A stretch of DNA of 64,000 nt from the human T2T-CHM13v2.0 reference genome, Homo sapiens, in NCBI RefSeq assembly GCF_009914755.1, contig NC_060946.1. One strand, written 5' to 3'. A program made the translations under genes and the position numbers. Positions 11,433-29,300 of this stretch are shown one piece after another. The notes beneath the pieces were generated by a model that saw only the letters and a program-made list of their open reading frames with translations, ran no database searches and was not told the DNA's origin. Every line of letters starts with the position of its first letter. The stretch's first letter is position 1.

Positions 11433-12476
11433 TTTTAATTTTAATTTCAATTTCAATTTTTAATTTATTTTTGTGGGGATATAGTTGGTGTACATATTTA
11501 TGGGGGTACGTGACATACTTTAATGCAGTCATGCAATGAGTAATACATAATAAAAAATGGGGTATCTGTCCCCTCAAGCATTTATATCTTGTGTTATAAA
11601 CAATCCAATTATACTCTTTTAGTTTTTTTAAATGTGGAATTAAATTATTTTTGACTATAATCACCCTGTTGTGCTATCAAATGCTGTCTTATTCATTTTT
11701 CTAATAATTGTTTTTTTACCCATTTAGCATCCCCACTATCCCCTTGTTCCCTCCCTGCCCTTCCCAGTCTCTGGTAACCAACCTTATACTCTCTATCCCT
11801 ATGACACCAATTGTTTTGAATTTTAGCACCCACAAATAAGTGAGAACATGTGACATTTGTCTTTCTGTGCCTCACATTTCACTTAACATAAAGACTTTCA
11901 GTTCCATTTATGTTATTGCAAATGGCAGGCTCTCATTCTTTCTTACAGCTGAATAGTACTCCATTGTGTATATGTACCACATTTTCTCTATTCAGTCATC
12001 TGTTGATGGACATTTAGGTTCCTTCCAAATCTTGGCTATTATAAACCCTGCTGTAGCAAACATAAGAGTGCCAATAGGTCTTTGATTTACCAATTTTATT
12101 TCTTGTAGGCATATACTGAGCAGTGGGATTGTTGGACCATATAGTAGCTCTATTTTTAGTTATATCAGTAACATCTAAACTGTCCTTAAATGTGATCCCT
12201 ACAGCAGTGTACAAGGGTTTCGTTCACTCCATATACTCACCAGCATTTGTTTTTCACTGACTTCTGGATAAAAGCCACCTTAACTGGGGTGAAATGATAT
12301 CTCATTTTGGGTTTGATCTGCATTCTATGATGATCAGTAGTGTGGAGCATCTTTTCATTTGTCTGTTTCACATTTGTATGTCTTCTTTTCATAATTGTCT
12401 ATTTAAATTTTTTGTCCACTCTTTATTTGGGTTATTACTTTTTTCTATAGAATTTTTTGAACTCAATATTTTGTAG

Positions 12477-13147
12477 TGTATTAGTCTGTTTCTGCGCTGC
12501 TATAAAAAAATACCTGAGACTGTGTTATCTATTTATTTACTGAGATGAAGTCTTGATCTGTTGTCCAGGCTGAAGTACAGTGGTGCAATCTCGGCTCACT
12601 GCAACCTCCACCTCCTGATTCAAGCAATTCTCTGCCTCAGCCTCCTGAGTAGCTGGGATTACAGGCACCTGCCGCCATGCCTGGCTAATTTTTGTATTTT
12701 TAGTGGAGACGGGGTTTCACCATCTTGGCCAGGCTGGTCTTGAAATCCTGACCTCGTGACCCCACCCGCCTCAGCCTCCCAAAGTGGTGAGATTACAGGC
12801 ATGAGCCACGACACCTGGCAAGACTGGGTAATTTATAAAGGAAATGGGTTTAGTTGACTCACAGTGCCACATGGACTAGGAGGCCTCAGGAAACTTACAA
12901 TAATGGCAGACGGGGAAGCAGGCACCTCTTACATGACAGCAGGTGAGAGAGCATGTATGTGAAGCAAAGGGGGAAGAGTCCCTTATAAAACCATCAGATC
13001 TCATGAGAAATCACTCATCATCAGAAGAACAGCATGGAGGAAACCACCCCCATGATCCAATCACCTTCTACCAAGTCTCTCCCTCAACATCTGGGGATTA
13101 CAATTCAATATGAGATTTGGGTGGGTACACAAATCCTAACCATATCA
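12477..13147 (-). mobile_element. MST/THE1D-type MaLR solo LTR with nested Alu
   Basis: tgtattagtc...ctaaccatatca termini. 5-bp TSD tgtag at 12472-12476 and 13148-13152. Confidence 0.9.
12531..12820 (-). mobile_element. Alu inside the MaLR LTR
   Basis: Antisense Alu with an imperfect TSD, agactgtgttatct (12517-12530) versus agactgggtaattt (12821-12834). Confidence 0.93.
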
Positions 13148-13481
13148 TGTAGCTATTAATTGCTTTTCAGATGGATAATTTACAAATATTTTCTCCCATT
13201 CTGTGGATTTTCACTTCACTTTGTTTCTTGTTTCCTACACTTTAAAAAGGCTTTCTGACTTTCTGTAATCCCATTTGTCCATGTTTGTTTTGGTTGTCTG
13301 TGCTTCTGGGGCACTATTTAAGGAATTTTTGCCCAAACCAATGCCCTAAAGAGTTTCCCCATTGTTTTCTTGTAAAAGTTTGATGGTTTGAAGTATTAGG
13401 TTTAAGTCTTTAATTCATTTTAATTTGATTTTTGTAAGTGGCAAGGAATAGGGTTCTAGTTTTATTCTTCTGCCTATGGCT

Positions 13482-13910
13482 TGCCAGTTTTCCCAGCCCT
13501 ATTTATTACAAAAGCTGTCTCATTTTTTATTGTATATTCTTGGCACTTTTGTTGAAAATTAATTTAGCTGTCCCTCCCATAGGATTCCAGAACACTGCTA
13601 TGAGGGTCTGAATGTTTGTCCCTCGCATAGGATTCCAGAACACTGCTGCTGGGTTCTAAACGTTTATCACAGAGGATCCCAGAACACTGCTACCAGGGTC
13701 TGAATGTTTGTTCCTCACAGGGGATTCCAGAACAGTCCTGCTGTTGTCTGAATGTTTGTCCCTCACATAGGATTCCAGAACACTGCTATGAGGGTCTGAA
13801 TGTTTGTCCCTCACACAGAGTGCCAGTTTTACCAGCCCTATTTATTACAAAAACTGTCTTACTTTTTATTGTATATTCTTGGCACTTTTGTTGAAAATTA
13901 ATTTAGCTGT
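13482..13910. repeat. 90-bp direct repeats (13482-13571 and 13821-13910) bracketing the satellite
   Basis: tgccagtttt...aatttagctgt occurs twice, with 4 mismatches in 90 bp by manual alignment. Confidence 0.95.
13569..13820. repeat. 48-bp SATR1/SATR2-like satellite, about 5.3 units
   Basis: Tandem tgtccctcacataggattccagaacactgctatgagggtctgaatgtt units starting at 13569, 13617 and onward, with two alternating variants. Confidence 0.85.
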
Positions 13911-14136
13911 ATGAGTTTGTTTCTAAGGTGTCTATTTCATTCCATCTGTCTTTATGTCTGTTTTTAGGCTAATTCCATGCTGTTTTAATTACTATAACTT
14001 AGTAGTATAATTTAAAACCAGGTAATGGAATTCCTCCAGTTTTGTTTTATATACTCAGCCTAGCTTTGATTATTATGGTGTTTTGTGATGTTTCCATATA
14101 AATTTCAGAATTTTTTTCTATATCTGTGAGGAATGT

Positions 14137-14441
14137 ATTCTTCTTCTTCTTTTTTTTTTTTAGATGGTGTCTTGCTCTTTCACCTAGACTGGAGTGCAGT
14201 GATGCGACCTCGGCACACTGCAACCTCCACCTCCTGGGTTCAAGCAATTCTTTGCCTCAGCCTCCTGAATAGCTGGGATTACAGGCACCTGCCACCATAC
14301 CTGGTTAATTTTTTTGTATTTTTAGTAGAGGTGGGGTTTCATCAAGTTGCCCAGGCTGGTCTTGAACTCCTGACCTCGTGATCCACCAACTTCGGCCTCC
14401 CAAAGTGCTGTGATTACAGGCATGAGCCACTGGCCCTGGCC
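14137..14441 (-). mobile_element. Alu (AluS-like)
   Basis: Antisense Alu with a (TTC)n/T tail, ending gagccactggccctggcc. Confidence 0.93.
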
Positions 14442-14793
14442 TGTTATTTTGATAGAGATGGCATGAAATGTATACATTGCTATGGATTGTATGGACATTA
14501 TTTAAAAAATACTGATTCTTCCAATCTGTGAACATAAAAATATCTTTCCAATTTTTGGGTCCTTTTTCATTTGTTTTATCAGTGTTTTACAGTTTTAGTG
14601 TTGAGAACTTTTATTTCTTTGGTAAATTCCCACACATTTTGTTTTATTTGTGGCTACTGCAAATAGTATTACATTTTTTAATTCTTTTTCAGTTTGTTGA
14701 CTGTTGGCATATAGAAACCCTACTGATTTGTATGTGTTGATTTTGTATTCTGCAAATTTACTCAAGTTATTACCTCTAATAGTTTTTGGTGGA

Positions 14794-17597
14794 TGTATTA
14801 GGCCATTCTCATATTGCTATGAAAAGTAATCAGTGACTGGTTAATTTATAAAGAAAATAGGTTTAATTTGTTCATGGTTCTACAGGCTGTACAGAAACCA
14901 TAGCACTGGCTTCTGCTTCTGGGGAAGCCTCTGACAACTGACAAGGTGAAAAATAAATCCAGTGCTTGCACATCACATGATAAGTGCGAGGGTAGGGGGG
15001 AAGGGCTACACACACTTGTAGATAAACAGCTCTGATAAAACTTACTATTGCCAGGTGCAGTGGCTCATGCCTGTAATCCCAGCACTTTGGGAGGCAAAAT
15101 AGGGCAGATCATGAGGTCAGGAGTTTGAGACCAGCCTGACCAACATGATGAAACGCCATCTCAACTAATAATACAAACATTAGCTGGGTGTGGTGGCACA
15201 TGCCTGTAATCCCAGCTACTTGGGAGGCTGAGTCAGGAGAATCACTTGAACCTGACAGGCGTGGAGGTTCAGTGAGCTGAGATTGCACCACTGCACTCCA
15301 GCCTGGGTGACAGAGTGAGACTCTGTCTCAAAAAAAAATAAATAAAAAAAAATAAAAGAAAAACATAGGCCAAATGAATTTAAAAAAATAAGAAGAAAAA
15401 AACTTGCTATTGTGGGAATGGCACCAAAGGAAATGATGCCAAACTGTTCATGGAAATCTTGCCCTCATGATTCAATCACCTCCCCTCTAGGCCCACTTCC
15501 AACATTGAGAATTATATTTCAATATAAGATTTTGGTGGGAATACACATACGAACTGTATCATTTTGCCCCTGGCCATTCCAAATCTCATATCCTTCTCAT
15601 ATTTCAAAATACAATCATGACTTCCAAATAATCCCCAAAATCTTAACTAATTTCAGTCTTAACTCAAAAGTCAAAAGTCTCATCTAAGACAAAGCTAATT
15701 TCTTCCTCGTATAAGCCTGTAAAATAAAAAAACAAGTTAGATTCTTCCAAGATACAAATGAGGCAGAGGCATTGGGTAAATACTCTTATTCTAAAAGGAA
15801 GAAATCAGCCAAAAGAAAGGGGCCACAGGACGCATGAAAGTCTGAAACCCAGAAGGGCAGTTATTGAATTGTAAGGCTCAAAAATAATTATTTTTGACTC
15901 TCTGTTCCATTTCCAGGGCACGCTGATGCCTTGGGAAGGTTCTACCTTGTGACTTTGCATAGTTCAGCCCCCACAGCTGCTCTCAAGGGCTGGCATTCTG
16001 TGCCTCTGGCTTTTCAAGATGCAAGATGCAGGCTGCAGCTAAATCTACCATTCTGGGGTCTGGAGGACAGTGATCTTCTCCTCACAGATCTACTAGGCCA
16101 TGACCCAGTGGGGAACCTGCCTGGGGACTGTCACCCCACATTTCTTTTCTCCATTGTTTTAGTAGAGGTTCTCCATGAGGGCTCCACAACTGCAGCATGC
16201 TTCTGCCTGCACACCCTGGCTTTTTCATAAATCATTTGAAGTACGATGGAGGCTCCCAAGTCTCAACTACTTGCATTTGGTAAACCCACAGGCCTAACAC
16301 CACATGAAAGCTGCCAAGGTTATGGCTTGCACCCTCTGAAGCAGTGACTGGAGTTGTAACTAGGCCAATTTGAGCTACACCTGGAGCTGAAGCAGTGGCC
16401 AGGATGCAGGGAGCCTTGTTCCAAAGCTACCCAAGGCAGCAGATCCTGGGCCTGATCCCAGAAACTACTCTCTTCTTTTAGGCCTCAGGGCCTGTGATGG
16501 GGGGCTGCCTTTTAGATTTCTAAAATGCCTTCAATTCCTCTTTCCCATTGTCTTGGCTATCAACACTTGTTTTTTTTAGGTTATACAAATATCTTTAACA
16601 AGTGGTTGACCCATATCCTGCTTGAGTTCCTCTCTTATAAAAGCTTTTTATATTTCAACCACATGACTAGGCTGCAAAGTTTTCAAGCTTTTACACTATG
16701 CTTCTTTTGTAAGTATAAGTTACTACTTATTTTATTTTTATTTTTTGCTAGAACATGTGAGCATAGGTTGTTAGAAGCAGCCAGGCCACATCACAAATGC
16801 TTTGCTGCTTAGACATTTTTCCAACAGAAACCCTAAATCATCAATTTCAAATTCAAACTTTTATATATCCCTAGGGCATGACAGAAATTCAGCCAACCAC
16901 TTTGCTAAGACAACATGCATGTCCTTTGTTTCAGTCCCAATAAGTTTCTAGTTTTCATCTGAGACCTCCTCAGCCTGGCCATCACTGTCCAGATCACTAT
17001 CAGCATTTTGGTAACAGACATTCAACCAGTCCCTAAGAAAATATCAACTTTCCCTCACTTTTCTGTCTTCAGAATCCTACAAATTCTTCCAACTTCTGCC
17101 TGTTTACCCAATTACAAAGCTGATTCCACATTTTGGGGTATTCTTATAACCATTTTCCATTCCTTGGTGCCAATTTTCTGTATTAAGCTATTTTTGCATC
17201 ACTATGAGAGTGAGACTGGATAATTTATCTTTTACAAAGTAGGTTTAAGTGGCTTATGATTCTATAGGCTGTAGGGAAGACATAGTACTGGAATATGCTT
17301 CTGGGGAGGTCTCTGGAAGTTTACAGTCATGGCAGAAGTTGAAACAGAATCTTGCACATTACAGGGCAAAAAGCAGGAGCAAAAAACAGAGGAGCGAGTT
17401 GTTACACACTTTTAAATAACCAGATCTTATGGGAACTCACTCACTATCATGAGAATAGCACCAAATGGGATGGTACTAAGCCATTTATGAGTAATCCACC
17501 CCAATGGTTAAATCACCTTTCACCAGGCCCATCTCCAACATTGAGAATTATATTTAAATTTGAGATCTGGGAGGGGACACACATTCAAACCCTATCA
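14794..17597 (-). mobile_element. Two-LTR MST (MaLR) element: LTR 14794-15561, internal region 15562-17178, LTR 17179-17597
   Basis: Two tgtatta...tatca LTRs flank a ~1.6-kb MaLR internal region. TSD gtgga (14789-14793) versus gagga (17598-17602). The host L1 reads through as ttttggtggagtcttt once the element is removed. Confidence 0.88.
15050..15399 (+). mobile_element. Alu in the MST LTR, with a bipartite A-tail
   Basis: Sense Alu. TSD aaaacttactatt (15037-15049) versus aaaacttgctatt (15400-15412). Confidence 0.93.
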
Positions 17598-17975
17598 GAG
17601 GAGTCTTTATGCTTTTTCCAATATAACATTATAACATTGGCCAAAAAAAAAAAGGTAATTTGACTTCTTCTCCAATTGGGATGCGTTTTATTGCTTTCTC
17701 CTGTCCGATTGCTCCAGATAGGACTTTCAGCATTATGTTGAATAACAGTGGTAAAAGTGGACATTCTTCTCATCTTCCAGATTTTAGAGGAAAGGGTTTT
17801 AGTATTTCCCCACTTAGTGTGATACTAGCTGTGGTTCTGTCATATATGACTTTTATTATGTTGAGGTATGTTCATTCCATACCCAGTTTTCAAAGAGTTT
17901 TTTATTATTAAAGAATATTAAATTTTATCAAAAATTTTTAGCATATTTGAAATAATTATATGGATTTTGTCCTTG

Positions 17976-18292
<317 letters not shown>

Positions 18293-21198
18293 TGATCTAT
18301 CACATTGATTGATTTGCATGTTGAAACATCCTTGCATCCCTGGGATAAATCCCACTAGGTCATTATGAATTACCTATTTATGTATTGTTTAATTCAGTTT
18401 ACTAGGTGTTTTGCAAAATTTTGTGCCAATATTCTCAGATATGGGCCTTTAGTTTGCTTTTTTTAATATGTTTTTGTCTGGTTTTGATATCAGGGTAATA
18501 CTAGCCTCAAAGAATGAGTTTGGAAATGTTCTTTCCTTCTCTAGTTTTCAGTGTGGTCCTACAGACTTCTTTATTAAGGCTTTAATTTTGTTAATTTTTA
18601 TTGGTCTGTTCAGGTTTTAGATTTTTTCCTAGTTCAATCTTGGTAAGTTGTGTGTGTCAAAGAATTAATTTCCTCTAGGTTTTCTAATTTGTTGGCATAC
18701 AATTGCTGGTAGTATTCACTAATGATCATTTGCTTTTCTGAAGCGTTACTTGTAATGTCTCCTTTTTCACCTCTGATTTTACTAATTTGTATCTTTTCTG
18801 TTTTTTAGTTAGCCTGTTTAACTATTTGTCAATTGTTTTACTTTTGAAAAAATCAACTTTTTCTTTCATTAATTCTTTACATTATTTTCGTCATTTTAAC
18901 TTTATCTACTTCTGCTCTAATCTTTATTATTTCTTTTCTTCTAATTTTGGGTTAGGTTTGGTCTTTTTATTCTAGTTAATTAAGATGTATTCTTAGGTTA
19001 TTTATTTGAAGATTTTCTGTTTTTTATGTAGGCACTTACAGTTATAAATTTTCCTTTTATAATAGTACCTCTTTTACTATATTCCATAGGTTTTTCTATG
19101 CTATGTTTCCATTATCATTTGTTTCAAGAAATTTTTCTATTTTCCTCTTAACTTTTTTATTGACCTACTAATCATTCAGGAGCATATTGCTTAATGTCGA
19201 TGTGTTTGTATAGTTTCTTAAATGCCTTTTTAAATTGATTTCTAGTTTTATCCCATGTAGTCAGAGGAAATGCTTGATATTACTTCAATTTTTTGGAATG
19301 CTTTTAGACTTGTTACTTAACATACGGTCTACCCTTGAATATAACCCATGTGCTGAGGAGACGAATGTGTAGTATGCAGCTGTTGGAAGAATTTTTTTGT
19401 AAATATCTATTAGCTTCATTTGTTCTATAGTACAGATTAACTCTGATGTTTCTTTGTTTATTTTCTGTCTGGAAGGTCTATCCAATGACTAAAGTGGGGT
19501 GTTGAAGTGTCCAGCCATTATTGTATTGAGGTCTCTTTCTCTAGCTCTTGTAATACTTGCTTCATTTATCTAGGTGCTTTAGTGTTGGGTGCATATATAT
19601 TTTCAATTATTATATCCTCTTGATGAATTGATCTCTTTATTATTATATAATGACCTTTTAATTTCTTCCTACAGTCTTTTCTTGAAATCTATTTTTGTCT
19701 GGTATAAGTATGACTATTTCTGCTTTTTTTGGTCTCTATTGGCATGGAATAACATTTTCCATCCTTTTATTTTCAGTCTAAATGTATCTTTATAGGTAAA
19801 GTGTGTTTTTTTTTGTAGGTCACAGATTATTTTCCTGTTTCTCTATCCATTCATCCACTATTTTTCTTTTGACTGGAGTACTTAGTTCATTTAAATTCAA
19901 TGTTATCAGTGATAAGCACTTACTCCTGCCATTTTTTTATTTGTTTTCTGATTGATTTTTGTCCTCTCTTCTTTCTTTCCTTTCTTCATGTCTTCCTTTT
20001 AGTGAAGGTGATTTCTCTGGAATTATAATCTAATTTCTTGCTTTTTACTTTTTGTACATCTATGGTACACTTTTTGACTTGAAATTACCATGAAGCTTAA
20101 AAATAATATAATACATGATTTTAGACTGTGGACAATTTAAAACTGATTGCATAAACAAAGAAACAAGCAAAACAGAGTTTGGAGCCAAGATGGCCGAATA
20201 GCAACAGCTCCAGTCTACAGCTCCCAGAATGAGTGACACAGAAGATGGGTGATTTCTGCATTTCCAAATGAGGTACCGGGTTCATCTCACTGGGGAGTGT
20301 CAGATAGAGGGTGCAGCACAGTGGGTGCAGTGCACTGAGCATAAGCAGAAGCAGGTTGAGACATCACCTCACCCAGGAAGCACAAGGGGCCAGGCAATTC
20401 CCTTTCCTAGTCAAAGAAAGGGGTGACAGACAGCACCTGGAAAATTGGGTCACTCCCACCCTAATACTGCATTTTTCCAATGGTCTTAGCAAATGTCACA
20501 CCAGGAGATTATATCTCACACCTGGCTGGGAGAGTCCTATGCCCACAGAGCCTCACTCATTGCTAGCACAGCAGTCTGAGATCAAACTGCAAGGTGGCAG
20601 TGAGGCTGGGGAAGGGTCTCCTGCCATTGCTGAGACTTGAGTAGCTAAAGCAGCCAGGAAGCTCGAACTGGGTGGAGCCCACTGCAGCTCAAGGAGGCCT
20701 GCCTGCCTCAGTAGACTCCACCTCTGGGGGTAGGGCATAGCCAAACAAAAGGCAGCAGAAATCTCTGCAGATTTTAATGTCCCTGTCTGACAGCTTTGAA
20801 GAGAGTAGTGATTCTCCCAGCACTAAGCTGGAGATCTGAGAAGGGGCAGACTGCCTCCTCAACTGGGTCCCTGAACCCCGAGTAGCCTAACTGGGAGGCA
20901 CCCCCAGTAGGGGCGGGCTGACACCTAACATGGCCGGGTAATCCTATGAGACAAAACTTCCAGAGGAACGATCAAGCAGCAGCATTTCTGGTTCAGCAAT
21001 ATCCGCTGTTCTTCAGCCACTGCTGCTGATACTCAGGCAAACAGGGTCAGCTGTGTACCTCCAGCAAACTCCAACAGACCTGCAGCTAAGGGTCCTCACC
21101 GTTAGAAGGAAAGCTAATAAACAGAAAGGACATTCACGCAAAAAAACCCATTTGTACGTCACCATCATCAAAGACCAAAGGTAGATAAAACCACAAAG

Positions 21199-22208
21199 AT
21201 GGGGAAAAAGCAGCAGAAAAACTGGAAACTCTAAAAATCAGAGTGCCTCTCCTCCTTCAAGGGAACACAGCTCCTCACCAGCAATGGAACAAAGCTGGAT
21301 GGAGAATGACTTGACGAGTTGAGAGAAGAAGGCTTCAGATGATCAAACTATTCCATGCTAAAGGAGAAAGTTTGAACCCATGGCAAAGAAGTTAAAAACT
21401 TTGAAAAAAATTAGATGAATGGCTAAGTAGAATAACCCATGCAGAGAAGCCCTTAAAGGACCTGATGGAGCTGAAAACCACAGCATGAGAACTATATGAT
21501 GAAAGCCTAAGCCTCAGTGGCCGATTCGATCAACCAGAAGAAAGGGTATCAGTGATGGAAGATGAAATGAATGAAATGAAGTGAGAAGATAAGTTTACAG
21601 AAAAAAGAATAAAAAGAAATGAACAAAGCCTTCAAGAAATATGGGACTATGTGAAAAGACCAAATCTACTTCTGATTGGTGTACATGAAAGTGACAGGGA
21701 GAATGGAACCAAGTTGGAAAACACTCTGCAAGATACTATCTAGGAGAACTTCCTCAATCTAGCAAGGCAGGCCAACATTCACATTCAGGAAATACAGAGA
21801 ATGCACAGTGATACTCCTCGAGAAGAGCAACTCCAAGACACATAATTGTCAGATTCACCAAAGTTGAAATGAAGGAAAAAATGTTAAGGGCAGCCAGAGA
21901 GAAAGGTCAGGTTACCCACAAAGGGAAGCCCATCAGACTAACAGCTGATCTCTCGGCAGAATCTCTACAAGCCAGAAGAGAGTGGGGACCAATATTCATC
22001 ATTCTTAAAGAAAAGAATTTTCAACCCAGAATTTCATATCCACCCAAACTAAGCTTCGTAAGTGAAGGAGAAATAAAATACTTTACAGACACGCAAATGC
22101 TGAGAGATTTTGTCACCACCAGACCTGCCCTAAAAGAGCTCCTGAAGGAAACACTAAACATGGAAAGGAAAAACCGGTACCAGCCACTGCAAAAACGCCA
22201 AATTGTAA
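21199..22208 (+). pseudogene. L1 ORF1p, disrupted
   Basis: ATGGGGAAAAA start. The C-terminal block MKEKMLRAAREKGQVTHKGKPIRLTADLSAE is intact, but there are upstream stops and frameshifts. Confidence 0.9.
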
Positions 22209-22271
22209 AGACCGTCAATGCTAAGAAGAAACTGCATCAACTAACGAGCAAAATAACTAACTAACATCATA

Positions 22272-26098
<3,827 letters not shown>

Positions 26099-26314
26099 AC
26101 AATGAGAACACATGGACACAGGAAGGGGACATCACAGTCTGGGGACCGTTGTGGGGTGCGTGGAGGGGGAAGGGATAGCATTGGGAGACATAACTAATGC
26201 TAGATGACGAGTTAGTGGGTGCAGTGCACCAGCATGGCACATGTATACATACGTTACTAACCTGCATATTGTGCACATGTACCATATATCTTAAAATATA
26301 ATTGTAATAATAAA

Positions 26315-29300
26315 AAAAACTACACAGAAGCATTCTGAGAAACATCTCTGTGATGTGTGCATTCATCTCACAGAGTTGAAATTTTCTTTTCATTGAGCAG
26401 TTTTGAAACACTCTTTTTGTAGGATCTGCAAGTGGATATTTGGAGTCCCTAGATGACTATTGTGGAAAAGGAAATATCTTCCCATAAAAACTACACAGAA
26501 TCATTCAGAGAAACTTCTTTGAGATGTGTGCATTCAACTCACAGATTTGAAACTTTCTTTTGATTGAGCAGTTTTGAAACACTCTTTTTGTAGAATCTGC
26601 AAGGGGATAATTGCAGCCCTTTGAGGCCTATTGTGGAAAAGGAAATATCTTCACATAAAAACTACTCAGAAGCATTCTGGAAACTTCTTTGTCATGTGTG
26701 CATTCAACCCAGAGAGTTGAAACTATCTTTTGATTATGCAGTTTAGAATCTCTCTTTTTGTAGAATCTGCAAGTGGATATTTGGAGTCTTTTGGGCTCTA
26801 TGGTGGTAAAGGACATATCTTCCAATAAAAACTACACAGAAGCATTCTGAGAAAGTTCTAGTGATGTGTGCATTAAACTCACAGAGTTGAACCTATCTTT
26901 TGATTGAGCAGTTTTGAATTTCTCTTTTTGTAGAATCTGCAAGTGGGTATTTGGAGCGCTGTGAGGCCTACTGTGGAAAATCAAATATGTTCACAGAAAA
27001 ACTACACAGAAGCAGTCTAAGAAACTTCTTTGTGATGCGTGCATTCAACTCCCAGAGTTGAACTATCTTTTGACTGAGCAGTTTTGAATCTCTCTTTTTG
27101 CAGAATCTGCAAGTGGATATTTGGAGAGCTTTGAGGACTATTGTGGAAAAGGAAATAACTTCAAATAAAAACTACACAGAATCATTCTGAGAAACTTCTT
27201 TGTGAGGTGTGCATTCAACTCACAGAATTGAACTTATCTTCTCATGGAGCAGTTTAGACTCTCTCTTTTTGTAGAATCTGCAAGTGGATATTTGGAGCAC
27301 TTTGAGGCCTAACGTGGAAAAGCAAATATCTTCAGATAAAAACTACACAGAAGCATTCTCAGAAACTTCTTCGTGATGTGTGCATTCAACTCACAGAGTC
27401 AAACATTTCTTTTGATTGAGCAGTTTTGAAACACTCTTTTTGTAGAATCTGCAGGTGGATATTTGGTGCCCTTTGAGGCCTATTGTGGAAAAGGAAATAT
27501 CTTCACATAAAAACTACTCAGAAGCATTCTGAGATACTTTTGTCATGTGTGCATTCAACTCAGAGAGTTGCAACTATCTTTTGATTGAGCAGTTTAGAAT
27601 CTCTCTTTTTGTAGAATCTGCAAGTGGATATTTGGAGCCCTTTGTGCCCTTTGGTAGAAAAGGAAATATCTTCACATAAAAACTACACAGAAGAATTCTC
27701 AGAAACTTCTTCATCATGTGTGCATTCAACTCACAGAGTTGAACATGTCTTTTGATTAAGCAGTTTTGAATCTCTCTTTTTGCAGAATCTGCAAGTCAGT
27801 AATTGGAGCCCTTTGTGGCCTATGGTGGAAAAGGAAATATCTTCACATAAAAACTACTCAGAAGCATTCTGAGAAACTTCTTTGTCATGTGTGCATTCAA
27901 CTCACAGTGTTGAACCCGTCTTTTGATTGAGCAGTTTAGAACCTCTCTTTTTGTAGAATCCACAACTGGATATTTGAAGTCCTTTGCACCCTATGGTGGA
28001 AAAGGAAATACCTTCAAATAAAAACTACACAGAAACATTCTCAGAAACTTCTTCATGATGTGTGCATTCAACTCACAGAGTTGAACCTATCTTTTGATTG
28101 AGCAGTTTTGAATCTCTCTTTTTGTAGAAACTGCAAGTGGATACTTGGAGCGCTGTTAGGCCTACTGTGGAAAATCAAATATGTTCACATAAAAACTACA
28201 CAGAGGCATTCTGAGAAACTTCTTTGTGATGTGTGTATTCAACTCACATAGTTGAACGTATCTTTTGATTGAAAAGTTTTGAATCACTCTATTTGTAGAA
28301 TATGCAAGTGGATATTTGGAGCCCATTGTGCCCTATGGTAGAAAAGGAAATATCTTCAAATAAAAACTAAACAGAAGGATTCAGAGAAACTTCTTTTGAT
28401 GTATGAATTCAACTCACAGAGCTGAATCTATCTTTTGATTGAGAAGTTTTGAATCTCTCTTTTTGCGAATCTGCAGGTGGACTTTTGGAGCCCTTTGAGG
28501 CCTACTGTGGAAAAGCAAATAACTTCACATAAAAACCACTCAGAAGCATTCTGAGAAACTTCTTTGGGATGTATGTAATCAACTCACAGTGTTGAACCTA
28601 TCTTTTGATGAGCAGTTTTGAATCTCTCTTTTTACAGAATCTGCAAGAGAATATTTGCAGCCCTTTGCGGCCTATGGTGGAAAAGGAAATATCTTCAAAT
28701 AAAAACTACACAGAAACATTCTGAGAAACTTCGTGGTGATGTGTGCATTCATCTCACAAGGTTGAACCTATCTTATGATTGAGCAGTTTTGAAACCCTCT
28801 TTTTGTAGAATATGCAAGTCAATATTTGGAGTGCTTGGAGTCCTACAGTGGAAAAGTAAATATCTACAGATAAAAACTACATGGAAGTATTCTGAAAAAC
28901 TTCTTTGTGATGCGTGCATTCATCTCACAGAGTTGAACTTTTCTTTTGATTGAGAAGTTTTGAAACACTCTTTTTGTAGAACCTACAAGTGGATATTTGG
29001 AGCCCTTTAAGGTCTATAGTCGAAAAGGAAATATCTTCAAATAAAAACTACACAGAAGCATTCTGTGAAACTTCTCTGTGATGTGTGCATTCATCTCACA
29101 GAGCTGAACCTTTCTTTTGATTGAGCAGTTTTGAAACACTCTTTTTGTAGAATCTGCAAGTAGATAATTGGAGTCTCTTTAGGCCTATTGTGGAAAAAGA
29201 AATAACTTCACATAAAAACTACTCAGAAGCATTCTGAGAAACTTCTTTGTGATGTGTGCATTCAATTCACAGTGTTGAACCTATCTTTTGATTGAGCAGT

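Noticed and set aside
13569-13820. CRISPR-like array of regularly spaced repeats
   Set aside because: The units are contiguous tandem copies without unique spacers, there are no cas genes, and the context is primate.
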